36,487 bases of DNA from Candidatus Zambryskibacteria bacterium CG11_big_fil_rev_8_21_14_0_20_42_18 (GTDB lineage: Bacteria > Patescibacteriota > Minisyncoccia > Phycocordibacterales > Zambryskibacteraceae): positions 1 to 36,487 of the forward strand of contig PCVB01000007.1 in NCBI GenBank assembly GCA_002787855.1. Reading direction: 5' to 3'. The position numbers and the translations under genes were made by a program. The notes under the pieces are model-generated. The model saw only the letters and a list, made by a program, of their open reading frames with translations, searched no databases and was not told the origin of the DNA. This document shows positions 23,622 through 32,996 of the stretch, one piece after another (position 1 is the stretch's first letter; each line of letters opens with the position of its first letter).

Positions 23622-24836
23622 ATGGATGACTTGGCTCAAATCTGGCAAAAACTAGACAATAATAGCTTCAAGATATCTACCGATACTCGAAAAGAACTCG
23701 ACGGCACTATTTTCTTTGCCCTGAAAGGAGAAAGCTTCGATGGCAACACCTTTGTCGAAAAAGCCCTCAAGAAGGGAGCAGTCGCTGTCGTAAGTCAAAA
23801 CCCGCAATTCAAATCAACCCCTAACGTCTACGTGGTCGATGACACCCTTAGAACCCTGCAAACACTGGCGCAAAAATATCGAGAGACCTTTACTATACCT
23901 ATCATTGCCGTTGGAGGTTCTAATGGCAAGACCACTAGTCGAGAACTTATCCGATGTGTTTTAGAAACTAACTTCAAAGTTCACACGACAGAAAGTAATC
24001 TAAACAATGAGATTGGTGTGCCCCTCTCGATATTAGCCATGGACAAAGATACAGAAATTGGAGTTTTTGAAATTGGCGCCAATCATGCCCAAGAACATAC
24101 TAACCTTCTTGAGATTTTAAGACCCACCCATGTCATCGTCACAAATAATGGCTTGGACCACTTGGAAGGCTTTGGCTCGCCGACAAAAGTAATAGAAGCT
24201 AATGAAGAAATTAATAAGTGGGCACGCAAGCACAACGCCTCTATCATCGCAAATGTGGAACATGGGTTAAAAGTGTCAACTCCCCTACCCCTCTCTATCT
24301 CCTTGGACAACAAAGAGTACCAAACAAAAATGGTAGGAAATTATAATTTAGAAAATATAAGTAGAGCCCTCACTGTCGGAAAAGTTTTTAAGATCAATTT
24401 AGAAAAAGCTTTAACTGCGATATCGGCATACACTCCTATGGCACTTAGATCGGAGTTGTTGGAAAGAAACGGGGCACAGGTCATTGTCGATTGTTATAAT
24501 GCTAATCCATCAAGTATGATGCTCGCGCTTAAAAGTTTTATAGAATCTTGTTCCAAGCCTCGTGGAGTAATTTTAGGCGATATGTTGGAACTGGGTCCCT
24601 ATGCTGAAGAAGAACACAAAAAAATACTAGACTTTGTATCGAAGCAAGAACTCAACATCATCGTCCTTATAGGAGAACAATTTAGACAAGCGCAAGAAAA
24701 CTCGCATCTAAACTACACATGGTTCCCCAATTCTTCGTCTGCTCAAAAATGGTTTCGACGGCAAAACTTTACTAACTACACACTTCTTCTGAAGGGCTCT
24801 AGAGGAATAAAGGTGGAAGAGATGTTACTTATCTAG
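23622..24836 (+). CDS. murF: UDP-N-acetylmuramoyl-tripeptide--D-alanyl-D-alanine ligase
   Basis: DTRKELDGTIFFALKGESFDGNTFVEKALKKGAVAVV, GGSNGKTTSRELI, and C-terminal LLLKGSRGIKVEEML. Start set at ATG 23622 (MDDLAQI). Confidence 0.85.
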   Translation: MDDLAQIWQKLDNNSFKISTDTRKELDGTIFFALKGESFDGNTFVEKALKKGAVAVVSQNPQFKSTPNVYVVDDTLRTLQTLAQKYRETFTIPIIAVGGSNGKTTSRELIRCVLETNFKVHTTESNLNNEIGVPLSILAMDKDTEIGVFEIGANHAQEHTNLLEILRPTHVIVTNNGLDHLEGFGSPTKVIEANEEINKWARKHNASIIANVEHGLKVSTPLPLSISLDNKEYQTKMVGNYNLENISRALTVGKVFKINLEKALTAISAYTPMALRSELLERNGAQVIVDCYNANPSSMMLALKSFIESCSKPRGVILGDMLELGPYAEEEHKKILDFVSKQELNIIVLIGEQFRQAQENSHLNYTWFPNSSSAQKWFRRQNFTNYTLLLKGSRGIKVEEMLLI

Positions 24837-24935
24837 AAGGCTAGACCACCATTTAAAAGTGAAGTGCATCAAAAGATAGATGGGAATATAGATTGGCGCC
24901 AATAAGAAGAAAAGAATAAATTTGATGACTCTCAT
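24825..24935 (-). CDS. possible 36-aa hydrophobic micro-protein (below the ORF-track length cutoff)
   Basis: Hand translation gives MRVIKFILFFLLAPIYIPIYLLMHFTFKWWSSLLDK. Starts 12 nt after the stop of the 77-aa ORF. Its 3' end overlaps the murF 3' end by 12 nt. Confidence 0.3.
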   Translation of the reverse strand: MRVIKFILFFLLAPIYIPIYLLMHFTFKWWSSLLDK

Positions 24936-24947
24936 AGTAAATTAGTC

Positions 24948-25181
24948 TTACACTTCCCCACCACTGGCAGGAATTAATTCCAGTATTCTTTGCCAGATCC
25001 ACCTAGCTGGAACCTCAATATAGGACCAAAGGAAGTTTAATACATCTCGTATATAAGTGATAGTGCTCTTACCTTCTTCCGTTGCTGCCGCATCAAAAAT
25101 GGACCAATTAAAAAAATACTTCAGGAGGGCTAGGGCGATGATAAAAAGTATTATCCAACTTATAAATCCCTTTTGTCTCAT
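24948..25181 (-). CDS. small membrane protein, hypothetical
   Basis: 77 aa with an N-terminal TM helix (ISWIILFIIALALL). Starts 12 nt downstream of the M23 peptidase gene. Confidence 0.5.
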   Translation of the reverse strand: MRQKGFISWIILFIIALALLKYFFNWSIFDAAATEEGKSTITYIRDVLNFLWSYIEVPARWIWQRILELIPASGGEV

Positions 25182-25193
25182 GACTTAAGTTTA

Positions 25194-26453
25194 TTAAAGA
25201 GAAGGTAGATAAGCAAGGGGGTCTAGATAGGCCTTAAGATCAGCAATGGGAACAAAAGTATTTTTACAATTTTTACTAGTTACAAATTGTTGGACCGCAA
25301 CACCTTGGCTAGCATAAACTCCTACGTGCAAATGCGGACCAGTAGAATAACCAGAACCAAACACTCCAGGTGTCCCCCCGGAATAACCTATAACTTCTCC
25401 AGTTTTAACACTCTGGCCATTTTTGACAATAGAAGCAGAAAGATGAGCATAAATACTTGCTAAACCATTAGGGTGCCTTATGAGTATCCAGCGACCGAAG
25501 GAGTAGCATCCTCTTTCATTATCTGTATTATCCGTCTTCTCTACCACGCCACCAAGCATAGCCATGACAGGTGTACCTTGAGTAGCGCGAAAGTCAACGC
25601 CTTTGTGAAATCGAGTAGACCTTTGGCCAAATGGGTCGGTGATAAAAATCTTGGCCAATGGCCAGGCAAGGACTCCGTGTCGTGGGGCGGGAATAAGCGA
25701 TGGGTCAAGAGTAATCTTGAGCTCTGACTCAAGTTTATCAAGTTCTTCTTCAAACTGTTTTTGACGGGCGCGATTCTCCGCAAGCATCTTCTGATATTCG
25801 GTTTCTTTATTCTTGGTCTGGGTCAGTAGTCTTTCTTTGGCTTTTTGGTTTTCTTCAACGACAGACTTTTGTCCACTCAATTGACCTTTGAGACTGGTTT
25901 GCTCTTCTTTCACTTTAATCTTTTCTTCCTTTTCTTGACTAAGGGCAAGGCGTGTCTCACGTAAAGCATTGATCTCTTCCTCTAGACGAAGATTAAGACC
26001 TTCGAGTTGATTTCTATCTTTCCATACGTCTGAAATTTGCGCCGAAGTTAAAAGATCGAGTAAGAGTGGACGAGAATCATAGTCCGAAAGGGTGGTAATG
26101 GTAAGGGCAATAGCTTCTCTGTGAACAATAATCTGCTTCTCTTTCTCACTCATCGTATTTTCAAGTGATTTAATGGTCAGGTTAGTGGAAGTGATTTTAG
26201 ACTGCGTGATACTAATATCCTTGGCTAATTTCTTCTTGGTCGTGTTAAGAGATTTAACAGCAGAACCAAGAGTCTGACTCTCTTTATTGGTGGCTTCGAG
26301 TTCGGCTTGGAGTTTCTTCTGCTCCTCGATAAGAACCTCCCGTTCTCTTCTTACTTGCTCTATCTGTTGTTCAAGCTCGCTTGGATTAGCAGCTATCACA
26401 AAAGATGGAGACAGGAGGGAGAGAAACAAAAGTACTAGAAGAATATTTTTCAT
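25194..26453 (-). CDS. M23 family metallopeptidase with long N-terminal coiled coil (EnvC-like architecture)
   Basis: Signal peptide, ~230 aa rich in E/K/Q heptads, then HKGVDF (HxxxD) and GPHLHVGVY (HxH). Confidence 0.85.
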   Translation of the reverse strand: MKNILLVLLFLSLLSPSFVIAANPSELEQQIEQVRREREVLIEEQKKLQAELEATNKESQTLGSAVKSLNTTKKKLAKDISITQSKITSTNLTIKSLENTMSEKEKQIIVHREAIALTITTLSDYDSRPLLLDLLTSAQISDVWKDRNQLEGLNLRLEEEINALRETRLALSQEKEEKIKVKEEQTSLKGQLSGQKSVVEENQKAKERLLTQTKNKETEYQKMLAENRARQKQFEEELDKLESELKITLDPSLIPAPRHGVLAWPLAKIFITDPFGQRSTRFHKGVDFRATQGTPVMAMLGGVVEKTDNTDNERGCYSFGRWILIRHPNGLASIYAHLSASIVKNGQSVKTGEVIGYSGGTPGVFGSGYSTGPHLHVGVYASQGVAVQQFVTSKNCKNTFVPIADLKAYLDPLAYLPSL

Positions 26454-26454
26454 A

Positions 26455-27693
26455 TTATTTTAAAAGCTCTATAACCTTTTCTACCCTCTTTATTGATTCC
26501 TCAACACCAAGAATGGCTATTAGAGTAAACGGGTCTGGTGACTTTTCAAGACCCGTGAGAGCATAGCGCAAGGGCCAGAGGACATTCCCCCGCCCTCTGG
26601 ACTGGGACGGGCTGGCCTTCCCCATCTCGATGGCATAGGCCATCAAGTCACCGTTATTTTTTATAATTTCTACTGCTCTTTCTAAATGCTTTAATGTTTC
26701 AGACTGACTAACATCTTTCCAACAAACCTTGGTTTTATCTATGACCGGAACACTAGTGACATCAAACTCTCGAGCGATAATCTTCTGCTTCTCTTCCGGA
26801 GATAAAAGATTTATGTGTTGTTTATTCATCCACTCTAATTTTTTTTCATCAAAAATAGCTCCTCCTTTATGAATCTTGCTAATATTAAAAACCTTTATAA
26901 GTTCATCTAGAGTAAATATTTCTTGGTCCGTTCCCGGATTCCAACCTAAAAGAGCCATGTAATTTAAAATCGCTTGTGGTAAATATCCTTTCTCACGGTA
27001 ATAACCAAGGGAAACAGATTCGCCGTGTTTGCGCTTAGAAAGTTTAGACCTGTCAGAGGCGAGAATAAGTGGTAAGTGGGCATATACAGGACGTGGCGCA
27101 CCGATCGCTTCTTGCAAGAGAATTTGCCGAGGAGTATTGGAGATGTGGTCCTCTCCACGGATAACGTGGGTGACACCTGATTCAAAGTCGTCTACCACTA
27201 CGGCCAAGTGATAGAGAGGTTCTTCAAGATTTTTTGCAATGATAAAGTCACCAAGCTCTCTTGTATCAAAACCAACAGTTCCGCGTACCAAATCCTCGAA
27301 TGTCACTTGCTTGTTGGGATTCTTAAAACGAATCACTTCCCTATTCCATGTCCCTCGTAGCCTTGGCGAAGTGGGATCACCTTCTGTTTCTGTGGAAATA
27401 TAAGCCTTGCCGAGATCTATAAGTTTTTGCAGATATTTTTTATAAATTTCTGTCCTTTCAGACTGGTGCCAGAGTTCGCCATTTCTCTTAAGCCCAAGCC
27501 ACTCTAGGCTCTCTAACATGCCTTCTTCGTGTTCTTTTTTAGAGCGCGCTTTATCAGTATCTTCAACTCGCACGATAAAATCTCCGCTATTTTGCTTGGC
27601 ATAAAGATAGTTAAATAGAGCCGTCCTCACATTGCCAATATGCATAGGTCCTGTTGGGGATGGCGGAAAACGGGTGATGATTTTTTGACTCAT
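26455..27693 (-). CDS. gltX: glutamate--tRNA ligase (short, 412 aa)
   Basis: ITRFPPSPTGPMHIGNVRTALFNYL (HIGH) and KLSKRK (KMSKS). ATGA overlap with the murG stop. Confidence 0.9.
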   Translation of the reverse strand: MSQKIITRFPPSPTGPMHIGNVRTALFNYLYAKQNSGDFIVRVEDTDKARSKKEHEEGMLESLEWLGLKRNGELWHQSERTEIYKKYLQKLIDLGKAYISTETEGDPTSPRLRGTWNREVIRFKNPNKQVTFEDLVRGTVGFDTRELGDFIIAKNLEEPLYHLAVVVDDFESGVTHVIRGEDHISNTPRQILLQEAIGAPRPVYAHLPLILASDRSKLSKRKHGESVSLGYYREKGYLPQAILNYMALLGWNPGTDQEIFTLDELIKVFNISKIHKGGAIFDEKKLEWMNKQHINLLSPEEKQKIIAREFDVTSVPVIDKTKVCWKDVSQSETLKHLERAVEIIKNNGDLMAYAIEMGKASPSQSRGRGNVLWPLRYALTGLEKSPDPFTLIAILGVEESIKRVEKVIELLK

Positions 27694-28823
27694 TTCTCCA
27701 ATTCGTGCCCTAGGGCAATCTTAAGAATCTCCTCTGCCACTAGGCGCGCGGCATTAGGTTTGTAGAACGCCTTGGCAGCAAGCTTCATCTTCTCACGCTC
27801 AATATCGTTGGTTAAGAGGCGCTCAATTTCCGACAAAAGAATGTTAGAAGTTAGATTGTTTTCCTCTATCACTACAGCGGCACCGGCGCGAGCGTAGGCA
27901 AAAGCGTTTGAGTGCTGGTCACGACTAACCTTTTCATTAATGGGAATAATAATACTCGGCAAACCCCAAGAGGCAATTTCAGAGATAGTTGAACCCGCGC
28001 GGGAAATTACAATAGAAGAAATTCCCGCCGCCATGCGCATAGCAAGAATATTAAGATAGTCAAAGGCTTTATATCTATCTTTATGTAGAGAATCATGGAG
28101 AACTACTTCTGCTGTTGCCTCGACTTCTCTAATGTTATTTTTCCCTGTCTGGTGAATAACGGCATATTTCTCTACTAATCTTTTGAGACTTTCCAACACG
28201 GTGTCATTAATCTTTTGTGCCCCTAAAGAACCACCGAGTACTAAAATCACTGGTATATTTTCTTTAATTTTTAAAAACTCACGAGCCCCAGAAGTAATAG
28301 GTTCTCTAAGTTCTTTTCGGATTGGCTGACCGGTATAAGCCACCGTGTCTGCTCGAAAATATTTAGCCGCATCTTTATAAGAAACCGCCACTCGCTTGGC
28401 AAACTTCCCTGCCCACAGATTGACTCTACCTGGGATAGTATCTGACTCGTGAATCACAACGGGTATCCTCAAGATACGGGCTGCAACCAATACTGGGAAA
28501 CTTGCATACCCACCCTTGCCAAAAATAACGTCAGGATAGAGTCTATAAACCTGTACAAGAGAAACGAGAATCCCCCACCCCGTCTTGAATAGGTCAAAGA
28601 AATTTAATATAGAGAAATATCGTCGCAGTTTACCAGCGCTATTCTTTTTATAGATAATGCCATTTTCAAAAAGTACTCCCGGATTGTAGGGAGTCGGAGA
28701 CATAAAAAAAAGCTCCAATTCGAGAAGTTTTTTCTCCTTGGTTAGGGAATTTAATTCTTCGGCAATGGAGACTATGGGGTAAAAATGTCCTCCAGTACCG
28801 CCACCGGTAAATAAAATACGCAT
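27690..28823 (-). CDS. murG: undecaprenyldiphospho-muramoylpentapeptide beta-N-acetylglucosaminyltransferase
   Basis: MRILFTGGGTGGHFYPIVSIAEEL, GGSLGAQ, and RAGSTISEIA. Confidence 0.92.
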   Translation of the reverse strand: MRILFTGGGTGGHFYPIVSIAEELNSLTKEKKLLELELFFMSPTPYNPGVLFENGIIYKKNSAGKLRRYFSILNFFDLFKTGWGILVSLVQVYRLYPDVIFGKGGYASFPVLVAARILRIPVVIHESDTIPGRVNLWAGKFAKRVAVSYKDAAKYFRADTVAYTGQPIRKELREPITSGAREFLKIKENIPVILVLGGSLGAQKINDTVLESLKRLVEKYAVIHQTGKNNIREVEATAEVVLHDSLHKDRYKAFDYLNILAMRMAAGISSIVISRAGSTISEIASWGLPSIIIPINEKVSRDQHSNAFAYARAGAAVVIEENNLTSNILLSEIERLLTNDIEREKMKLAAKAFYKPNAARLVAEEILKIALGHELEK

Positions 28824-28847
28824 TATATTTATAGTGAGTATGCCGAA

Positions 28848-29951
28848 CTATGATCCTCGATTTCGCGAGACAGAGAGTACAATACCCACTTCAAGCAAAG
28901 TAATGAATAGAGATGTGCCACCTTGAGAAACGAAAGGCAAAGTAATGCCCGACATTGGAATCACTCCCAGCATGGCGCCAATATTGACGAACGCTTGGAA
29001 GACTATCATTATAACAATTCCGACGACCATCAGTCTAGCGAAAGGATTAGACGCTTCAGAGGCAATTTTGAGCCCTCGTGTACAAAAGAGAACAAATAGG
29101 AGCAATAAGACGACCGAACCCACAAACCCAAACTCTTCAGCAGCCACAGCAAAGACAGAATCACCCACTGGTTCCGGTAGATAGGTAAACTTCTGAACAC
29201 TCTGGCCAAACCCGCGTCCCCACAGACCACCAGAGCCAACAGCAATAAGAGATTGCTGAACTTGGTAACTTGCCCCTTGAGCATCCGCTTGTGGATTGAA
29301 AAAAGTATTAACACGGGCGCGAATATAAGACGTGGTTGAGGCCAAGATAATGACCCCGATAAGCCCGGCAAGGGCAATCAGAAAAAAATGCTTCCACCTG
29401 CCACCTGCCACCATAAACATACTCATACCAGTAAAGATAATCAGGAGAAGATTGTCGGTGTCTGGCTGTTGTAAAAGTAGTATGGAGGAAATACTCAAGA
29501 GAATTATGAGCGGTAGAAGCCCTAGACGAAAAGTTTTTATCTTGTCCTTAACGCCACTGGCCCAAGCGGCAAAATAGATGATAAAAGCTATTTTCAATAT
29601 TTCTGAAGTTTGCAGAGAAATTCCACCGAGAATAATCCAGCGTTGAGCGCCCGCATGCTCTGAACCTATACCGGGTATCAAAACTAAGATATTGAGAATA
29701 ATAGCGACAATAAAAAAATAGAAAGCTGATTTTCTCCAAATTTTGTAGTCCAGACGTGACGCTACAATAAGCGCCAGGGTACCCATAAATAATCCAAGAA
29801 CTGTTTGAGAAAGGGCGACTCTGGAATAATTGGAACTCTCCTTGGCCAGAAGGGCGAGAGAAGCGGAATTAAAAATAGCAAAGCCCAAGACTATCAACGC
29901 GATAGAAATGATGAGAAATGACTTATCTACCTTCGCTCGACTAGCCTTCAT
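28848..29951 (-). CDS. ftsW: SEDS-family peptidoglycan glycosyltransferase (FtsW/RodA), FtsW by context
   Basis: About 10 TM segments. GAQRWI, LQTSEILK, PDTDN, LPEPVGDSVFAV, and PFVSQGGTS. Adjacent to murG. Confidence 0.88.
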   Translation of the reverse strand: MKASRAKVDKSFLIISIALIVLGFAIFNSASLALLAKESSNYSRVALSQTVLGLFMGTLALIVASRLDYKIWRKSAFYFFIVAIILNILVLIPGIGSEHAGAQRWIILGGISLQTSEILKIAFIIYFAAWASGVKDKIKTFRLGLLPLIILLSISSILLLQQPDTDNLLLIIFTGMSMFMVAGGRWKHFFLIALAGLIGVIILASTTSYIRARVNTFFNPQADAQGASYQVQQSLIAVGSGGLWGRGFGQSVQKFTYLPEPVGDSVFAVAAEEFGFVGSVVLLLLFVLFCTRGLKIASEASNPFARLMVVGIVIMIVFQAFVNIGAMLGVIPMSGITLPFVSQGGTSLFITLLEVGIVLSVSRNRGS

Positions 29952-30331
29952 AGTTGTTGCCGATTTTTGAAAAACAAATCCAGACTAAAGTTTGGGACTC
30001 CAGAGAAAGCGAGAGAGAGCGTGGCCATAAAGATTCCAAAGTCTCTTACTCCTATTTCTCCATAACCCACTACAGAGATGATGTGCGTCATGTGCAAGGC
30101 CAATAACGACGCAGAAACTCTGGTAAAAAGTCCGAGTAACAAAAGAAAGCCGAAGACAACCTCGAAAACACCGTTGATATAAACAAGAGTAGTGGCGCTA
30201 AAAGGAAGAGCACTCGCATATTCAGGAAGCCAACCTATCCACTCATAAGTATTGCTAAGTTGTTGGAAACCAAACCAAATAAAAACTGAAGCAACTCCGA
30301 TTCTTAATATCGCTGACGCGTATTGCTTCAT
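29948..30331 (-). CDS. DoxX family membrane protein
   Basis: 127 aa, 4 TM segments. LRIGVASVFIWFGFQQL is typical of DoxX. 4-nt overlap with the ftsW start. Confidence 0.75.
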   Translation of the reverse strand: MKQYASAILRIGVASVFIWFGFQQLSNTYEWIGWLPEYASALPFSATTLVYINGVFEVVFGFLLLLGLFTRVSASLLALHMTHIISVVGYGEIGVRDFGIFMATLSLAFSGVPNFSLDLFFKNRQQL

Positions 30332-30343
30332 GTGTATTTTATT

Positions 30344-30880
30344 TTATCTTGACTCCTTCAAATATTTTATCATCGTGTCTGAGTCAGAAACTTCGAAGGG
30401 GTCTGTGGGACAGTTATCAGAAAAACCCGCTTCAGAGAAAACCTTTTTTATCTCACCATCCACAACGTACATGCTGTATCTCCATGACCTCTCTCCGAAA
30501 CCTAGGTCGTCTTTCTTAACCAGCATCCCCATGCCTTTAGTAAACAGGGCCGAACCGTCCGGAATCAGTTTAACCTTTTTAATGTCTAAATTTTTTGCCC
30601 ATTGAAACATTACATAAGCATCATTGACAGAAAAGCAGTAAACCTCATCTACTCCGAGCGACTTGAATTCATCATATTTTGCCTCGAATCCAGGAAGATG
30701 AGTAGAAGAACAAGTGGGAGTAAATGCTCCTGGGAGAGAGAAAACTACCACCTTTTTGCCTTTAAAGATGTCATTGGAAGAAACATCTTGCCAGCGGTAT
30801 GGATTATCCCCACCGATACTTTCATCACGAACACGAGTTTTAAATATGACTTGAGGAACTTTTGAAGGGTGGCTATTCAT
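30344..30880 (-). CDS. peroxiredoxin, Prx5-like subfamily
   Basis: VVVFSLPGAFTPTCSSTHLPGF carries the PGAFTPTC peroxidatic-Cys motif. Confidence 0.88.
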   Translation of the reverse strand: MNSHPSKVPQVIFKTRVRDESIGGDNPYRWQDVSSNDIFKGKKVVVFSLPGAFTPTCSSTHLPGFEAKYDEFKSLGVDEVYCFSVNDAYVMFQWAKNLDIKKVKLIPDGSALFTKGMGMLVKKDDLGFGERSWRYSMYVVDGEIKKVFSEAGFSDNCPTDPFEVSDSDTMIKYLKESR

Positions 30881-30957
30881 AATATTATTTTTAAATCAAT
30901 TAATACGTCTAATACTAAACGATTATACAATATTTAAGAGATTTTTTTAATACAAAA

Positions 30958-32004
30958 CTAGCTTACAAGAGCAAGAATCAAGCCTGTAATAGCCGAAATA
31001 ATTGAGACTATCCAATAACGCATGACCACCTTCTCCCGAGACCAACCCAGAGCTTGAAAATGATGGTGCAGTGGGGTGACTCTAAAAAGTTTTCTCTTAA
31101 GAAGCTTGTGAAAAATATGGACCTGTAAGATAACCGAGGCGGAAGTGGCAACAAGAGGCAGGGCGATGATTGGCAAAAGAAGAACCGAGTCTGTAAGAAA
31201 AGCAATTACCGCAAGAACGACAGTAAGAGCCATCATACCAGTCTCTCCCATATAAAACCGCGCCGGAGGTATGTTAAACCAGAGGAAGGCAAGGATGGCG
31301 CCAGCGATTGCCCCAGAGAGGGCCGAAATGTCTATTTGATCATTAAAGAAAGCAATGACAGAAAAAGCCGCAAAAACAGAAGCCAGCACCCCTCCAGCGA
31401 GTCCATCCAGACCATCAATCACCGAAGTCGAAAATGTGGCAAGCATCACTACAATAAAGAATGGAATAAACCAAATGCCAAGTTCTAAGCTTCCGCCAAA
31501 AGGAATATGGATAGAACTGAAATCCAGTTTATAGTAGAACCACAAGCTGATAACTAACCCAATGAGAGTAACTAGGGCAATCTTAACCTTGCGATAAGCA
31601 ACATCACTAGTGGTCTCGTCACCTCGACCATAGATTTGTATAAGATCATCAATAAGTCCGATAAAAGCGGCGAAAAAGAAAGCCCCGAGGGGAACAAGCG
31701 TTTGGCTTCGAGAAAAGAAATTAAGTTTCAAAGTCAGTTCAGAGGGAAATATTACTGAAAGAAGGTAAATAACAAATACGGAGAAGAGAACAGCGACCCA
31801 AACGATCATTCCTCCGATACGTGGAGTACTTATCTCATGTTCAGTATTGTGAATATCATTAAAAGATGCGGAGGAAATCATTTCCGAGCGAGAAGATTTC
31901 TTCCACATTTTATATTTATAAAAATATCTTGAGAAAAACGGGGTAATGGAAAGACCGATAAAGAAAGTGAGAACTGTCGGAAAAATTATTTTAATAATGT
32001 CCAT
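30958..32004 (-). CDS. mraY: phospho-N-acetylmuramoyl-pentapeptide-transferase (divergent motifs)
   Basis: About 10 TM segments. GLIDDLIQI (DD), IDGLDGLAGG, NIPPARFYMGETG, and PLHHHF. Confidence 0.88.
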   Translation of the reverse strand: MDIIKIIFPTVLTFFIGLSITPFFSRYFYKYKMWKKSSRSEMISSASFNDIHNTEHEISTPRIGGMIVWVAVLFSVFVIYLLSVIFPSELTLKLNFFSRSQTLVPLGAFFFAAFIGLIDDLIQIYGRGDETTSDVAYRKVKIALVTLIGLVISLWFYYKLDFSSIHIPFGGSLELGIWFIPFFIVVMLATFSTSVIDGLDGLAGGVLASVFAAFSVIAFFNDQIDISALSGAIAGAILAFLWFNIPPARFYMGETGMMALTVVLAVIAFLTDSVLLLPIIALPLVATSASVILQVHIFHKLLKRKLFRVTPLHHHFQALGWSREKVVMRYWIVSIISAITGLILALVS

Positions 32005-32022
32005 AAAAATATTGTAACAAAA

Positions 32023-32970
32023 TTAGTGGCTAGTTATATATTTCATAACCGCCTCAATCAACACCTGCGCGTCTTCAAACCTACCTCCTATAGTTGAACC
32101 AAGGATAGAGATGATAATGGGCCTTCCCAGTTCCGGGTCAAAGATTAGTACCAGATTACCCCCTGCAGTCGTAGTGGCGCCTGTTTTAGAAGCTATGAGC
32201 CCTGGTATTTCACCAGCAATAATATTAGTATTCTCGCCCTTATGAACATTGTTACTAAGTGAGGAGAAGAGTGCCGAGACATCTCTTGTGGCCACTAACA
32301 ATTCTCTCTTGTTAATAAGAACATGCTCAAGAAGGGCGTTCATGTCTTTGGCTGTCCCATAAGCGCCTCCTTTTATTTGTGATTCATCGAGACCAGTTTC
32401 GTTTAGAAAATAAGTGTTCTTGAGGTCGAGTTCACTTGCTTTACGATTCATCTCTCCAACAAAGTCGTTGATAATTTCCTCAGGAGAAGCATTGGCTTTC
32501 GATAGGGCTCCGAGAGAAAGAGCCACAGCGCGCATACCATCATTCGAAGAAGTCAGTAGAGAAAAATCTATCAAATCTCCCAATAACCATTTTTCATTCT
32601 TATAAAGACCGCTATCCCCCATTAACTTCAGAGCCTCTCCACTTACCGTCACTACCCCATAAGTTGGACCCGACTCTTCCGCCACTAGAGAAGCCATAAT
32701 CTTGGTCAGAGAAGCGAGTGATAAACGAGTGTTCTCATTTTTAGCGAACAAAACTGTTTTAGTACGCACATCATAGATATAAACCGCTTTAGCTTTGAGA
32801 TTAAGATCTGAAAATAATTTTGCATCAGCTTCTGATAAAGCCGGGATATCTCCCTTATGAGTCTTGGGGGAGAAAACTAAAGAGGCAATAAGAAAGATGA
32901 GAAGGGCGACGGCAAGAATTACAAAAAGTCTGATTTCGGGGTCTCTGATAATAGAAGGTCTGTTGTCCAT
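32023..32970 (-). CDS. D-alanyl-D-alanine carboxypeptidase (S11, low-MW PBP)
   Basis: N-terminal TM helix. SLTK (SxxK), SSN (SxN), and KTGAT (KTG). Confidence 0.85.
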   Translation of the reverse strand: MDNRPSIIRDPEIRLFVILAVALLIFLIASLVFSPKTHKGDIPALSEADAKLFSDLNLKAKAVYIYDVRTKTVLFAKNENTRLSLASLTKIMASLVAEESGPTYGVVTVSGEALKLMGDSGLYKNEKWLLGDLIDFSLLTSSNDGMRAVALSLGALSKANASPEEIINDFVGEMNRKASELDLKNTYFLNETGLDESQIKGGAYGTAKDMNALLEHVLINKRELLVATRDVSALFSSLSNNVHKGENTNIIAGEIPGLIASKTGATTTAGGNLVLIFDPELGRPIIISILGSTIGGRFEDAQVLIEAVMKYITSH

Positions 32971-32996
32971 TTTATTTGTAGCTTGCCACGCCTAAC

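Noticed and set aside
30879-30888. 10-bp palindrome ATAATATTAT overlapping the peroxiredoxin start codon, considered as a PerR/Fur-type box.
   Set aside because: It is only a 5-0-5 AT-only palindrome in a very AT-rich context. It does not fit the 7-1-7 TTATAAT-N-ATTATAA geometry and is likely to occur by chance.
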